Part shown: positions 1 to 7,674 of the stretch, piece after piece
Layout: each line of letters opens with the position of its first letter
Position numbering within the stretch: position 1 is the stretch's first letter
Origin: Candidatus Bilamarchaeum sp.
Lineage (GTDB): Archaea > Micrarchaeota > Micrarchaeia > Anstonellales > Bilamarchaeaceae
DNA length: 64,000 nt
Direction: 5' to 3'
NCBI GenBank assembly: GCA_035455205.1
Contig: DATIFM010000036.1
Coordinates: forward strand, 12,152-76,151
Translations under genes and position numbers: made by a program
Notes under the pieces: model-generated
What the model was told of the DNA's origin: nothing
Databases searched by the model: none
What the model saw: the letters and a program-made list of their open reading frames with translations, nothing else

Positions 1-366
1 CTTCCGCTTTTTCGCGCATGCGCTGTGGAAGCTCTCGTTGTCGAGCGGGAGGAGAGACTCGTCGATGCAGCAGTGGGAGCGGCCGAGCACGTCCACGGCG
101 CGGATGTCCAGGTTGTTCTTCTTCGCGATGCCCCGCGCGGCTTCCATCGCGATGCGGTGCTGGGAGATTTTGGGGGTGAGGAAGAAGACCGTGCGGTCGG
201 TCTCGAGCGCGTGCGTTATTGCCGCGGAGAGCGAGGCGTCGGTCTTGCCGAGGCCGGTTGGCGCCTGCGCCATGAAGTTCCTGCCCTCGGAGAGCGCGGC
301 GTAGATGTCCTCCATCAGGTCCTTCTGGAAGGGACGGACCGAGTCGTGCCTGAAATGGAGGGCCAT
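1..366 (-). CDS. XPD/Rad3-family (DinG-like) DNA helicase, N-terminal part; gene runs off the left edge
   Basis: Absent from the ORF track because it is open at the window edge. My minus-strand translation from the ATG at 366 gives MALHFRHDSVRPFQKDLMEDIYAALSEGRNFMAQAPTGLGKTDASL... (helicase motif I, APTGxGKT). A Cys-rich HCCIDE...SAC segment follows, consistent with the XPD Fe-S domain. Confidence 0.75.
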   Translation of the reverse strand, partial: MALHFRHDSVRPFQKDLMEDIYAALSEGRNFMAQAPTGLGKTDASLSAAITHALETDRTVFFLTPKISQHRIAMEAARGIAKKNNLDIRAVDVLGRSHCCIDESLLPLDNESFHSACAKKRK

Positions 367-451
367 GGCTTCCGTTCGCAGTGAAACAATATAACGGGAG
401 CAGGAGGTCGTTTCCGCAAATGTTATTATTGTTCTATGGCATTTCAAAAGC

Positions 452-1741
452 ATGAAGATACTTCTCGTCGGTAGCGGAGCGCGGGAGAACATGCTGGCCG
501 AGCAGCTCGCGCGGAGCTCGGAGCTCTACGTCGCCATGGAAAGGCGGAACCCCGGGATAGAGAAGGCCTCCCAGAAGTGCTTCGTGTGCGACTACTCCAA
601 CATAGAGGCGATAGGCGGGTGGGCGATAAGGGAGAACCTCGACATCGCGCTCGTGACCTCTGAAAACGCGCTCAACAAGGGCCTATCCGACGCGCTCGCG
701 GACGCCGGGCTGAGGGTCGTGTCGCCGCCGAGCGCCGGAAGCGTCATTGGGGAGAGCGCGCTCTACGCGAACAACCTGATGAGGGCCGCGGGGATACGCA
801 CGCCGAGGCTCATTTCGTGCTCGAAGGAAAGCGAAGTCGCCGCGGCGATGAAGGAGATTCCAAGGAGCGTCATCAAGCCCTCGGTCAAGGTGGACTGGAA
901 AGGGACGAAATTCTCCGAAACGGACCTCAAGGCCAATGATGCGGTGAAATACGCGAAAAAGCTCATCAAGGCCCACGGCTCTGCCGTCGTGGAGGAAATC
1001 ATCGACGGGGAGGGGTTCTCGCTCCAGGGGATAACGGACGGCAAGACGCTTTCGGCGATGCCCCCGGTGCACACGGTCAAGAGGGCCAAGGAAGGGAACC
1101 AGGGCGAACTCACAGAGGGCATGGGCGGGTTCTCGGCAGGCAGGCTGCTTCCGTTCATGAAGCAGGAGGACCTCGACTATGCGCGCGCCGCGCTCTGGAA
1201 GGTTGTTTCCGCGCTGAAAGGGAAGGGCGTGGATTACCGCGGGCCGATCCGGGGCGAGTTCATGGTCAGCCGCACCGGCACGATGATGCTGGACGTGTAT
1301 GCGACTTTCGGCGAGATGGACACCCTCAACGGATTCATGCTCCTGCGGACGCAGATGAGCGAGGTTCTGCGCTCTGTCGCAGAAGGCTCGCTCGTGCCGC
1401 TCTCGTTCATGGAGAAGGCGACAGTGGTGAAGTACCTGGTCCCCGAGGGCTACCCCGGGAAGGCGAAGAAAAGCGAAATAGTCATTGACGAGCGCGCGCT
1501 CTGGAACAACGGCGCGAAGGCGGTTTTCGAGTCGGTTGAAAGCAGGGACGGGAAGCTTTTGAGCGGCAATGGAAGGGCGCTTGCGGTCTGCGCGAGCGGG
1601 CTGGATTTGGGCGAGGCCGAGAGGAAGGCCGAGTCGGCAGCGTCCTCGGTCGGGGGCGCGCTCTACCACAGGAGGGACATCGCCGCGCCGGACTACATCA
1701 GCCGGGCCGTGAAGCACGTCGCGCTCCTGCGGAGCAGCTGA
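452..1741 (+). CDS. purD: phosphoribosylamine--glycine ligase
   Basis: 429 aa. N-terminus MKILLVGSGARENMLAEQLARS matches the PurD signature (MKVLVIGSGGREHAL). Length and ATP-grasp layout are typical. Confidence 0.9.
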   Translation: MKILLVGSGARENMLAEQLARSSELYVAMERRNPGIEKASQKCFVCDYSNIEAIGGWAIRENLDIALVTSENALNKGLSDALADAGLRVVSPPSAGSVIGESALYANNLMRAAGIRTPRLISCSKESEVAAAMKEIPRSVIKPSVKVDWKGTKFSETDLKANDAVKYAKKLIKAHGSAVVEEIIDGEGFSLQGITDGKTLSAMPPVHTVKRAKEGNQGELTEGMGGFSAGRLLPFMKQEDLDYARAALWKVVSALKGKGVDYRGPIRGEFMVSRTGTMMLDVYATFGEMDTLNGFMLLRTQMSEVLRSVAEGSLVPLSFMEKATVVKYLVPEGYPGKAKKSEIVIDERALWNNGAKAVFESVESRDGKLLSGNGRALAVCASGLDLGEAERKAESAASSVGGALYHRRDIAAPDYISRAVKHVALLRSS

Positions 1742-1742
1742 C

Positions 1743-2456
1743 ATGAAGTTCCTTTACGACGCCCCGGCACTGATGCACAAGGGGGCGATAATAGTAGGCG
1801 ACACTCACTTCGGGATGGAAGAGAAGCTGAGGCGCAGGGGAATATACGACGAGAACTTCAGCGAGCGGCTTTACGGGAAGCTCAAGTCGCTGGTTCTCGA
1901 GCACAAGGCATCGCAGGTCATCTTCCTCGGCGACGTGAAGGAGGAAGTGACCATGCTCGACCGCAGGACCGCGGACGTGCTCTCGAAATTGTCCATGCTC
2001 TGCAAGGTCACCGTGGTGCGCGGGAACCATGACGGCGGGATTGAAGCGCGGGGCGCCCTCGAAGTCGCGCCTGCAGAGGGGATTGTTTATGAGGGCCTCG
2101 GGCTCGTGCACGGGCACTCGTGGCCGGGCGATGCGCTCGTGCAGTGCGAGTACCTTGTCATGGGGCACCAGCATCCGATGATAGCGATAGAGGACGCGTT
2201 CGGGAGGACGCACCGCGAGCCGGCATGGTTCATCGCTCCGTGCAACCCGGAGGGCATGGCGCAAAGGTACGGAAAGTTCAACATGGACATCAGGCTCGTT
2301 TTAATGCCAGCGTTCAACCCGCTGGTCGGCTCCACGCTGAATTACGACGAAAAAGAGCATTTGGGCCCGATTCTTAACAACAAATTATTTAAACTAGACG
2401 ATGCTATAGTATTCCGTCTGGACGGAACTTGTCTGGGAAAATTCGGAAACATTTGA
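1743..2456 (+). CDS. calcineurin-like metallophosphoesterase (ICC/MJ0037-type, COG1407-like)
   Basis: Phosphoesterase motifs GDTHFG, GDV, GNHDG and GHQHP occur in the correct order. Starts 2 nt after the purD stop. Confidence 0.75.
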   Translation: MKFLYDAPALMHKGAIIVGDTHFGMEEKLRRRGIYDENFSERLYGKLKSLVLEHKASQVIFLGDVKEEVTMLDRRTADVLSKLSMLCKVTVVRGNHDGGIEARGALEVAPAEGIVYEGLGLVHGHSWPGDALVQCEYLVMGHQHPMIAIEDAFGRTHREPAWFIAPCNPEGMAQRYGKFNMDIRLVLMPAFNPLVGSTLNYDEKEHLGPILNNKLFKLDDAIVFRLDGTCLGKFGNI

Positions 2457-2465
2457 GGCGACCAC

Positions 2466-2717
2466 ATGGGCAACAACAGACGCGGAAGGCAAAAACTTGA
2501 AACATGTGCATCATGCGGAAGGGCTGTGCCCCGCGGAAAGGCAGTGGAGTATAGTTCCAGGACTCATTTCACAACGGACCTCAAGGAAGACAATGTCAGC
2601 TACACGGGCTTTGTCGACCAGTACTACTGCATAAGCTGCGCCAAGCACAGGAAGATATTCGAAAAGAAGAAGCAGCAGGCGCAGCGGCTCAAGGAAAAGA
2701 GGTCGCTCTATGGGTGA
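2466..2717 (+). CDS. rps26e: ribosomal protein eS26
   Basis: 83 aa. CASCGRAVPRGKAV and YYCISCAKHRKI align by eye with eukaryotic RPS26 (CTNCARCVPKDKAI, HYCVSCAIHSKV). Basic N- and C-termini. Confidence 0.8.
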   Translation: MGNNRRGRQKLETCASCGRAVPRGKAVEYSSRTHFTTDLKEDNVSYTGFVDQYYCISCAKHRKIFEKKKQQAQRLKEKRSLYG

Positions 2718-3000
2718 GATATCCTTTGAAGGACGGACATACGTGGTTCTCAAAGAGGATATCGGAAACGTGCCCTTGATAATCGTGAAGGCAAGGAAAG
2801 GGTACATCGCCTGCAGCTACATAGACAAGGAGACCGCGGAAAAGGTCGGGGACATAGCGGCGTTCGTTTCGGGTGTCAAGAGCCTTGACGACCTGAAGAA
2901 GGCCAAGATAAGGGAAACCACGACCTGGGCCGAGGATTTGGGCATCCGCGAGGGAATGAGCGTGAAGAAGGCCCTCGAGCTGATGGACATCGGCGAGTAA
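2710..3000 (+). CDS. DUF1805 (YunC-like) family protein
   Basis: 96 aa. Pattern PLIIVKARKGYIACSYID...AEKVGDIAAFVSGV resembles the DUF1805 family. Overlaps the eS26 gene end by 8 nt. Confidence 0.6.
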   Translation: MGEISFEGRTYVVLKEDIGNVPLIIVKARKGYIACSYIDKETAEKVGDIAAFVSGVKSLDDLKKAKIRETTTWAEDLGIREGMSVKKALELMDIGE

Positions 3001-3026
3001 TTTTTTCCGGTAAATAGTCTTTTTTT
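3001..3026 (+). terminator. oligo-T tracts after the eS26/DUF1805 pair (archaeal-type terminator candidate)
   Basis: T6 lies directly after the stop codon (3001-3006) and T7 at 3020-3026. Oligo-T is the known archaeal termination signal. Confidence 0.45.
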
Positions 3027-3041
3027 GTAATATTTTAAGGC

Positions 3042-3584
3042 TCAGCCCGTGCGTCGCTTATTCCCGAACACAACTGCACCGACCACCATCAATGGGAGCA
3101 CGAAGATTATCGCGCAGATGTTGTTCGGGTTGCTCGTGTAGTAGTTCTCAGGAGCGAGCATGGCAAGGCGCCCCACCTCGTCTATGCACGTCTCCTTGGT
3201 GACGCGGTCCCCGAAAAGGGCCGAGCCGTAGTCGTCGTGCTGGGTTATCCATGCGCATATGCCGGGGTCGCGGGTTATCTTGGCCACATCATAGAAGCAG
3301 GAGTTCGAGACCATCTCCGCCTTTTTCCGGATGTCGCTCCCGTCGCGGTCCACCGACCCCCCGAAGCGCGTCCAGATGCGGTCGCAGATGTTCCTCGCCT
3401 CTTCAGGGTTGCCGAGGTAGGCCGCGGTTATCCCCGCCGCGTGGTAGCACTGGACCTTCATCGAGTTATAGCCGACCGGAATCTCCTGCTCGCAGTCCTC
3501 GACCGACTTGAGCCCGAGGTGGCTCTGCTGGGAGCATCCGGCGATGAAAAAAAATGCGGCCAAGAGAAGGATTGCCCATCTCAC
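3042..3584 (-). CDS. Cys-rich secreted protein with lipobox-like signal peptide and C-terminal TM anchor
   Basis: This is the 3' part of the 305-aa track ORF. A GTG start at 3584 forms a GTGA overlap with the TBP stop. Product begins (M)RWAILLLAAFFFIAGCSQQ and ends NICAIIFVLPLMVVGAVVFGNKRRTG. Several Cys in the mature part. Confidence 0.6.
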   Translation of the reverse strand: MRWAILLLAAFFFIAGCSQQSHLGLKSVEDCEQEIPVGYNSMKVQCYHAAGITAAYLGNPEEARNICDRIWTRFGGSVDRDGSDIRKKAEMVSNSCFYDVAKITRDPGICAWITQHDDYGSALFGDRVTKETCIDEVGRLAMLAPENYYTSNPNNICAIIFVLPLMVVGAVVFGNKRRTG

Positions 3585-4150
3585 TCTGATCCCTGCTCCT
3601 TTTCGGCATAGGGCATGAGGAGTTTCTTGGCCTTCGCGAGGACGATTCGGATTTCCTTCTCGTTCTTGGCCCCTGCGCAGATGACCTTCCCGTTCTTGAA
3701 AAGGAGAAGCGAGGCTTTCGGTTCCTTGAACTTGAGGATTGCGCCCGGGAACTGCTCCGGCTCGTACTCGACGTCCTTTATCTTGTAGGCTATCTTGTAG
3801 AGGTCGAGCTCGAGGCCCAATGAGGCCGATGCGACTATGTTCGTTATGTCGATTTTCGGCTTCTTGGTCTTTGTTATCCTCTTCGCGTAAGGCGTGAGCA
3901 TCTTTATGGTCTTCTGGATGGTCTTCTCGATGAGCTCCCTCTTCTTGCAGCCGACGCACACGACCTTCCCGTTCTTGAAAAGGAGAAGCGAGGCCTTGGG
4001 GTCCTTGAACTTGAGTATCGCTCCGGGGAACTGCTCCGGCTCGTACTCGATTTCAGGAATCTTGTTCGCCAGGGCGTAGAGGTCGAGCTCGAGGCCGAGC
4101 GAGGCCGATGCGACCATGTTGGTTATTACGAATTCGGGTTGTTTGGACAA
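3581..4150 (-). CDS. tbp: TATA-box binding protein
   Basis: 189 aa with two direct repeats (NMVASASLGLELDLY...FPGAILKFK.PKASLLLFKNGKV.C.G.K twice). TTG start preceded by the SD-like GAGGTGGTG. Confidence 0.95.
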   Translation of the reverse strand: MSKQPEFVITNMVASASLGLELDLYALANKIPEIEYEPEQFPGAILKFKDPKASLLLFKNGKVVCVGCKKRELIEKTIQKTIKMLTPYAKRITKTKKPKIDITNIVASASLGLELDLYKIAYKIKDVEYEPEQFPGAILKFKEPKASLLLFKNGKVICAGAKNEKEIRIVLAKAKKLLMPYAEKEQGSE

Positions 4151-4185
4151 TACACCACCTCTTAGGAGCGCCTAAGTTGATAAAC

Positions 4186-4214
4186 ATTTATAAATGAAGC
4201 AATTATTTATAAAG
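4186..4214. promoter_or_regulatory. pair of TATA boxes in the divergent tbp / rpl21e intergenic region
   Basis: ATTTATAAAT (4186-4195, palindromic) lies about 36-45 nt upstream of the tbp TTG. ATTTATAAAG (4205-4214) lies about 45 nt upstream of the rpl21e ATG. The spacer is AT-rich in an otherwise GC-rich window. Confidence 0.5.
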
Positions 4215-4257
4215 ACTTTCCATTATTACCTCATAAAACTAATTGCTTGTGATACCA

Positions 4258-4536
4258 ATGGTCAAAATGTCAAGGGGAGCCTTCGCTCGCAGGACGAGGA
4301 AGCTTGCAGGAAAGACGGGGATTACGGTCGCCCAGCTCGTGAAGACGTTCAGCGTCGGCGACAAGGTCATAATCAGCCCGAAGGCGAAATTCGAGGGGCT
4401 TCCGCACCTCCGGTACGCGAGCAGGCACGGGATAATCAGGGAGAAGAGGGGCAAGAGCTACGTGGTCGAGGTCGGGGACTTCAACAAGAGGAAGAATGTC
4501 ATTGTCGGCCCGGTCCACCTCAAGCTCGCCTCATAA
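4258..4536 (+). CDS. rpl21e: ribosomal protein eL21
   Basis: MVKMSRGAFARRTRKLAGK...GDKVIISPK...HLRYASRHGII is typical L21e. The track ORF starts at a TTG at 4243; the ATG at 4258 or 4267 is more likely. Confidence 0.85.
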   Translation: MVKMSRGAFARRTRKLAGKTGITVAQLVKTFSVGDKVIISPKAKFEGLPHLRYASRHGIIREKRGKSYVVEVGDFNKRKNVIVGPVHLKLAS

Positions 4537-4546
4537 GGTGATTCTG

Positions 4547-4864
4547 ATGGACATCAAATCCTCAAAGCCAATATCGGTCAGCGAGGCCAAGGAAATACTC
4601 GCCAAGAGGAAGGAGGACGGGGAGCTCGGATACGAGCAGTCCCAGGCCCTCGAAAGCACCGACAAGTTCGGCAAATACGACAGCGCCAAAGTGAAGAAGC
4701 TGGTCGAGCTTATTCTCGAGACAGGAAAAGTCAGCCACGAGCTTGCAGTCAAGATAGTGGACGTGATGCCGGACAATCCCGCAACCCTTAAAGCTGTTCT
4801 TGTGAAGGATAAGGTAGAGCTGTCCGATGAAGAGATAGCCAGTATAATCAAGGAACTCGGCTGA
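4547..4864 (+). CDS. rpoF: DNA-directed RNA polymerase subunit Rpo4/F
   Basis: About 105 aa, acidic and helical (MDIKSSKPISVSEAKEILAKRKEDGELGYEQ...). Sits in the conserved archaeal L21e-RpoF-DUF655 gene order. Confidence 0.7.
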   Translation: MDIKSSKPISVSEAKEILAKRKEDGELGYEQSQALESTDKFGKYDSAKVKKLVELILETGKVSHELAVKIVDVMPDNPATLKAVLVKDKVELSDEEIASIIKELG

Positions 4865-4879
4865 CGGGAGGGTACGGCT

Positions 4880-5440
4880 ATGGAAGACAATGCATGGGTC
4901 ATCGAGTATCTGCCATCAGGGCGTGCCGATGCCATAAGGAAGGAGCCTATGGTCCAGCTCCTCGGAGTCAAGTTCTTCACTCTTCTGGAGGCAACCATCA
5001 ACCCCACCGCAGCGATAGTCATGGGCCAGAAGGTCTATGTCGGCAAGGAGGGGCGCAAGGAAATCTCCCACATCAAGGGAAGGATAAAATACGAGGACTT
5101 GACGCACGGCGCTAGGGAATTCCTGCCCACGATGCTCAAGAAGGCGATAGAGGAGAGGGAAGCGGACTTCGTCGCATTCATAAACAACTCCAGGCCGATT
5201 TCCATAAGGGTCCACACGCTGGACCTCCTTCCCGGCATAGGGAAGAAGAACATGGAGGCCCTGCTCAAGGAGCGGGAGGCCAGGCCCTTTGAGTCGTTCA
5301 AGGACATACACACGCGCGTCCCCACGCTCGCCGACCCGGTCGGAGTCTTCGTCCACAGGATAATAAGCGAGCTCGAGGGCAAGGAGAAATACTACTTATT
5401 CACAAAGCCGCCGTTCCAGCCCCGGCCCTACGGACGATAG
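4880..5440 (+). CDS. DUF655 / COG1491 nucleic-acid-binding protein
   Basis: MEDNAWVIEYLPSGRAD...VQLLGVKFFTLLEA is the typical DUF655 N-terminus. Conserved position downstream of rpoF. Confidence 0.75.
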   Translation: MEDNAWVIEYLPSGRADAIRKEPMVQLLGVKFFTLLEATINPTAAIVMGQKVYVGKEGRKEISHIKGRIKYEDLTHGAREFLPTMLKKAIEEREADFVAFINNSRPISIRVHTLDLLPGIGKKNMEALLKEREARPFESFKDIHTRVPTLADPVGVFVHRIISELEGKEKYYLFTKPPFQPRPYGR

Positions 5441-5441
5441 G

Positions 5442-6659
5442 ATGCGCAATGCGATACTCGCCCTCCTGATAATAGGCATCTGCAGCGCCGGCTACGAGGC
5501 GGCATACGATTCCAACCTCTCGGCAGTGATGGTCAAGGTCTACGGCCAGATGGACATAAACGGCTCGTACGAAGATTTCCTCTCGAGGCACACCCTCGTC
5601 GTGCTCGGAAGCGACATGGACCTCGGCGAGAGGGCTCTCCTCGAGACCGTGAGGGCCGAGAACGGCTGGTTCTCGAAAGCGAGGCAGAGCAACGACAGCA
5701 ACGGCACGCTCCCGGGCATTGAGGCAGGGGACTATTCGCTCGTGGTGCTCATCGGAGGCCCGGCCCAGAACAACATAACGAAAGTCGCGAACAAAAGCGC
5801 GTGGTTCAACGAGACCTACAAGGTCGAAGGCGGATTCTTCGTCGAGACCGGCAGGCTCGGGAACACGCTAGTGCTTTCAATCTCAAGCAGGAAGGGGTAC
5901 GACGAGAGGCCCAACGCAGGGGTAGCATTGTCGCCCCTCAACGCATTCATGCCCAAGGAGTTCGTTCCCCTCGCGGCAACCGGAATCTCCGTCTTCGCCC
6001 TTGCGATTATCAGCCTCGTGAGGACCGTCTTCGAGTTCAAGGCCCTCGACATAGGGCGCAAGGGGAAGAAAGTCGGTGAGGGGGCGGCGTATTATCGGGG
6101 CATCAACCTGACCGAGGCCGGGGCGGTCGTCGGCGCGTCAGTTATCCTCGGCGTGTCGATAAGCTGGCAGTATTTCGGAACCGACTTTTTGAAGTGGATA
6201 GCGATAAACAGCATCATCTGCCTATTTGCGGCCATAATGCACGAGCTGACCCACCGCGCTTTCGCATACGCGTTCAAGCTGAAGATAGAATACCGGTTCT
6301 GGCCGGCAGGCTCGGTGCTGACCCTCATCAGCTCGTACCTCGGGAACGCATTCTCGATTCAGGGGTTCCTGCTCGAGGACATAGAGCCGGACGTGCCCCG
6401 CTGGAAGGTAGGGCTGATGAAGCTTTCCGCGCCGCTTGTCAGCACGGCCATCATGGTTATTTTCGCATTGCTCAACTACGAGTCGCCCTCTCTGATCTAC
6501 CAGACCATCTACTCGACGAGCGGCCTGTGGGCGATGGCCGAGATACTCCCGTTCGGGGGATTGGATGGCAAGGACATAAAGGACTGGAGCCACACGGTGT
6601 GGTTTTTGGCCTTTACAGTCATAAGCGGCTGCTACGTGGCCGTCACGTTCCTGCTCTGA
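5442..6659 (+). CDS. polytopic membrane metalloprotease, site-2-protease (M50)-like, with an N-terminal extracytoplasmic domain
   Basis: HELTH (HExxH) lies in a hydrophobic segment, followed later by AEILPFGGLDGKD (the LDG motif of S2P-type enzymes). Signal/TM at the N-terminus, then about 170 aa carrying NxS/T sequons, then multiple TMs. Confidence 0.5.
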   Translation: MRNAILALLIIGICSAGYEAAYDSNLSAVMVKVYGQMDINGSYEDFLSRHTLVVLGSDMDLGERALLETVRAENGWFSKARQSNDSNGTLPGIEAGDYSLVVLIGGPAQNNITKVANKSAWFNETYKVEGGFFVETGRLGNTLVLSISSRKGYDERPNAGVALSPLNAFMPKEFVPLAATGISVFALAIISLVRTVFEFKALDIGRKGKKVGEGAAYYRGINLTEAGAVVGASVILGVSISWQYFGTDFLKWIAINSIICLFAAIMHELTHRAFAYAFKLKIEYRFWPAGSVLTLISSYLGNAFSIQGFLLEDIEPDVPRWKVGLMKLSAPLVSTAIMVIFALLNYESPSLIYQTIYSTSGLWAMAEILPFGGLDGKDIKDWSHTVWFLAFTVISGCYVAVTFLL

Positions 6660-6688
6660 TTTTAAATCCGGGCGGCGAATTTTCCCTA

Positions 6689-6985
6689 ATGAAGGCACTT
6701 TTGGTTTTCGCGCTCATCGCCGCGGCCGCTTTCGCCGAGCAGGGCCCCGAGGACCAGATGGACGGGTGCCTGAAAGGATGCTGCATGGATGCCGGCGGCG
6801 CGTGGGATGGGGCGGACAACATTTGCGACATCAATGAGACGGCGCGGGAATCCGGGCCGCTCTCCAAGTGCCAGCTGAACTGCGTCTACTCCACGACGGG
6901 AGTGGAGGCGAAGGGCCCGGGGTGCTGCGCGCCCGCGATGATGCTCATCGCGCTTGCCGGGGCGGCCCTATGGGTGAGAAAGTGA
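6689..6985 (+). CDS. small Cys-rich secreted protein with C-terminal TM anchor
   Basis: Taken from the ATG at 6689 inside the 263-aa track ORF. MKALLVFALIAAAAFAEQG is the signal peptide. The 98-aa product has 10 Cys and ends PAMMLIALAGAALWVRK. Confidence 0.5.
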   Translation: MKALLVFALIAAAAFAEQGPEDQMDGCLKGCCMDAGGAWDGADNICDINETARESGPLSKCQLNCVYSTTGVEAKGPGCCAPAMMLIALAGAALWVRK

Positions 6986-7674
6986 GCCGGATAGCGGCAG
7001 AGCTTGCCAGATACGCCGACCCGGAGAAGGCGAGGGTGCTTTCGGGCTTCTTCAAGACAGGCAAGGGGGAGTACGGGGAGGGGGACGTCTTCATCGGGGT
7101 AAAGGTTCCCGAATCCCGCAGGGTCGCGAGGATGTTCAGGGACGCCGACTTAGCCGCGGTGAAGCAGCTCCTCGGGAGCGAAATCCACGAGCACAGGCTC
7201 ACGGGCTTCCTCATCCTCGTCGACAAGTTCAACGCCGGCGATGAGCGCGCGAAGCGCGCCATCTACGCATTCTACATGGAGAACAGGGGGAGGGCGAACA
7301 ACTGGGACCTCGTGGACTTGAGCGCGGACAAAATCGTCGGCGAATACCTCCTCGAGCGGGACAAGGATGTCCTTTACCGGTTCGCGAAGTCTGAAGACGT
7401 CTGGGAACGGAGGATAGCGATAGTTTCAACATTCGCTTTCATAAAAAAGGGCAGGTTCGGCGACACTCTCAAAATAGCGGAAATGCTCCTTCGGGACAAA
7501 CACGACCTGATACACAAGGCCGCGGGCTGGATGCTGAGGGAGGTCGGCAAGCGGGGCGGGCTTGGCAAGGAGAAGAAATTTTTGGATAAATACTGCCGTA
7601 AAATGCCCCGGACCATGCTGAGGTATGCCATCGAGAGGTTCCCTGAGCGCGAGAGGAAAAAATACCTCGGCTAG
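6970..7674 (+). CDS. DNA alkylation repair enzyme (AlkD-like HEAT-repeat, PF08713-like)
   Basis: From MGEKVSRIAAELARYADPEKARVLSGFFKTGKGEYGEGDVFIGVKVPESRRVA...HEHRL..., which matches my recollection of the DNA_alkylation family. Confidence 0.7.
   Translation: MGEKVSRIAAELARYADPEKARVLSGFFKTGKGEYGEGDVFIGVKVPESRRVARMFRDADLAAVKQLLGSEIHEHRLTGFLILVDKFNAGDERAKRAIYAFYMENRGRANNWDLVDLSADKIVGEYLLERDKDVLYRFAKSEDVWERRIAIVSTFAFIKKGRFGDTLKIAEMLLRDKHDLIHKAAGWMLREVGKRGGLGKEKKFLDKYCRKMPRTMLRYAIERFPERERKKYLG

Noticed and set aside
683-1744. 353-aa minus-strand ORF antisense to purD. Many similar long antisense or off-frame ORFs exist, for example 10548-11810(-), 12392-13516(-), 25250-26143(-), 32130-33173(+), 41183-42754(+), 47045-48895(+), 57179-58228(+) and 62939-63811(-).
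   Set aside because: Each lies entirely within a gene that has strong family motifs on the other strand or frame. Their translations are Arg/Gly/Pro/Ala-rich low-complexity strings, typical of stop-poor alternative frames in GC-rich DNA.
3042-3959. 305-aa track ORF spanning the lipoprotein gene and running through the TBP coding region in another frame.
   Set aside because: The upstream 125 codons overlap tbp out of frame and are Arg/Glu/Pro-rich. Only the part from the GTG at 3584, which forms a GTGA overlap with the tbp stop and begins with a signal peptide, looks real.
6194-6985. 263-aa plus-strand ORF covering the 3' end of the S2P-like gene.
   Set aside because: The first roughly 165 codons are an off-frame read of the protease gene. 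Only the last 98 codons, from the ATG at 6689 with its signal peptide, are plausible.
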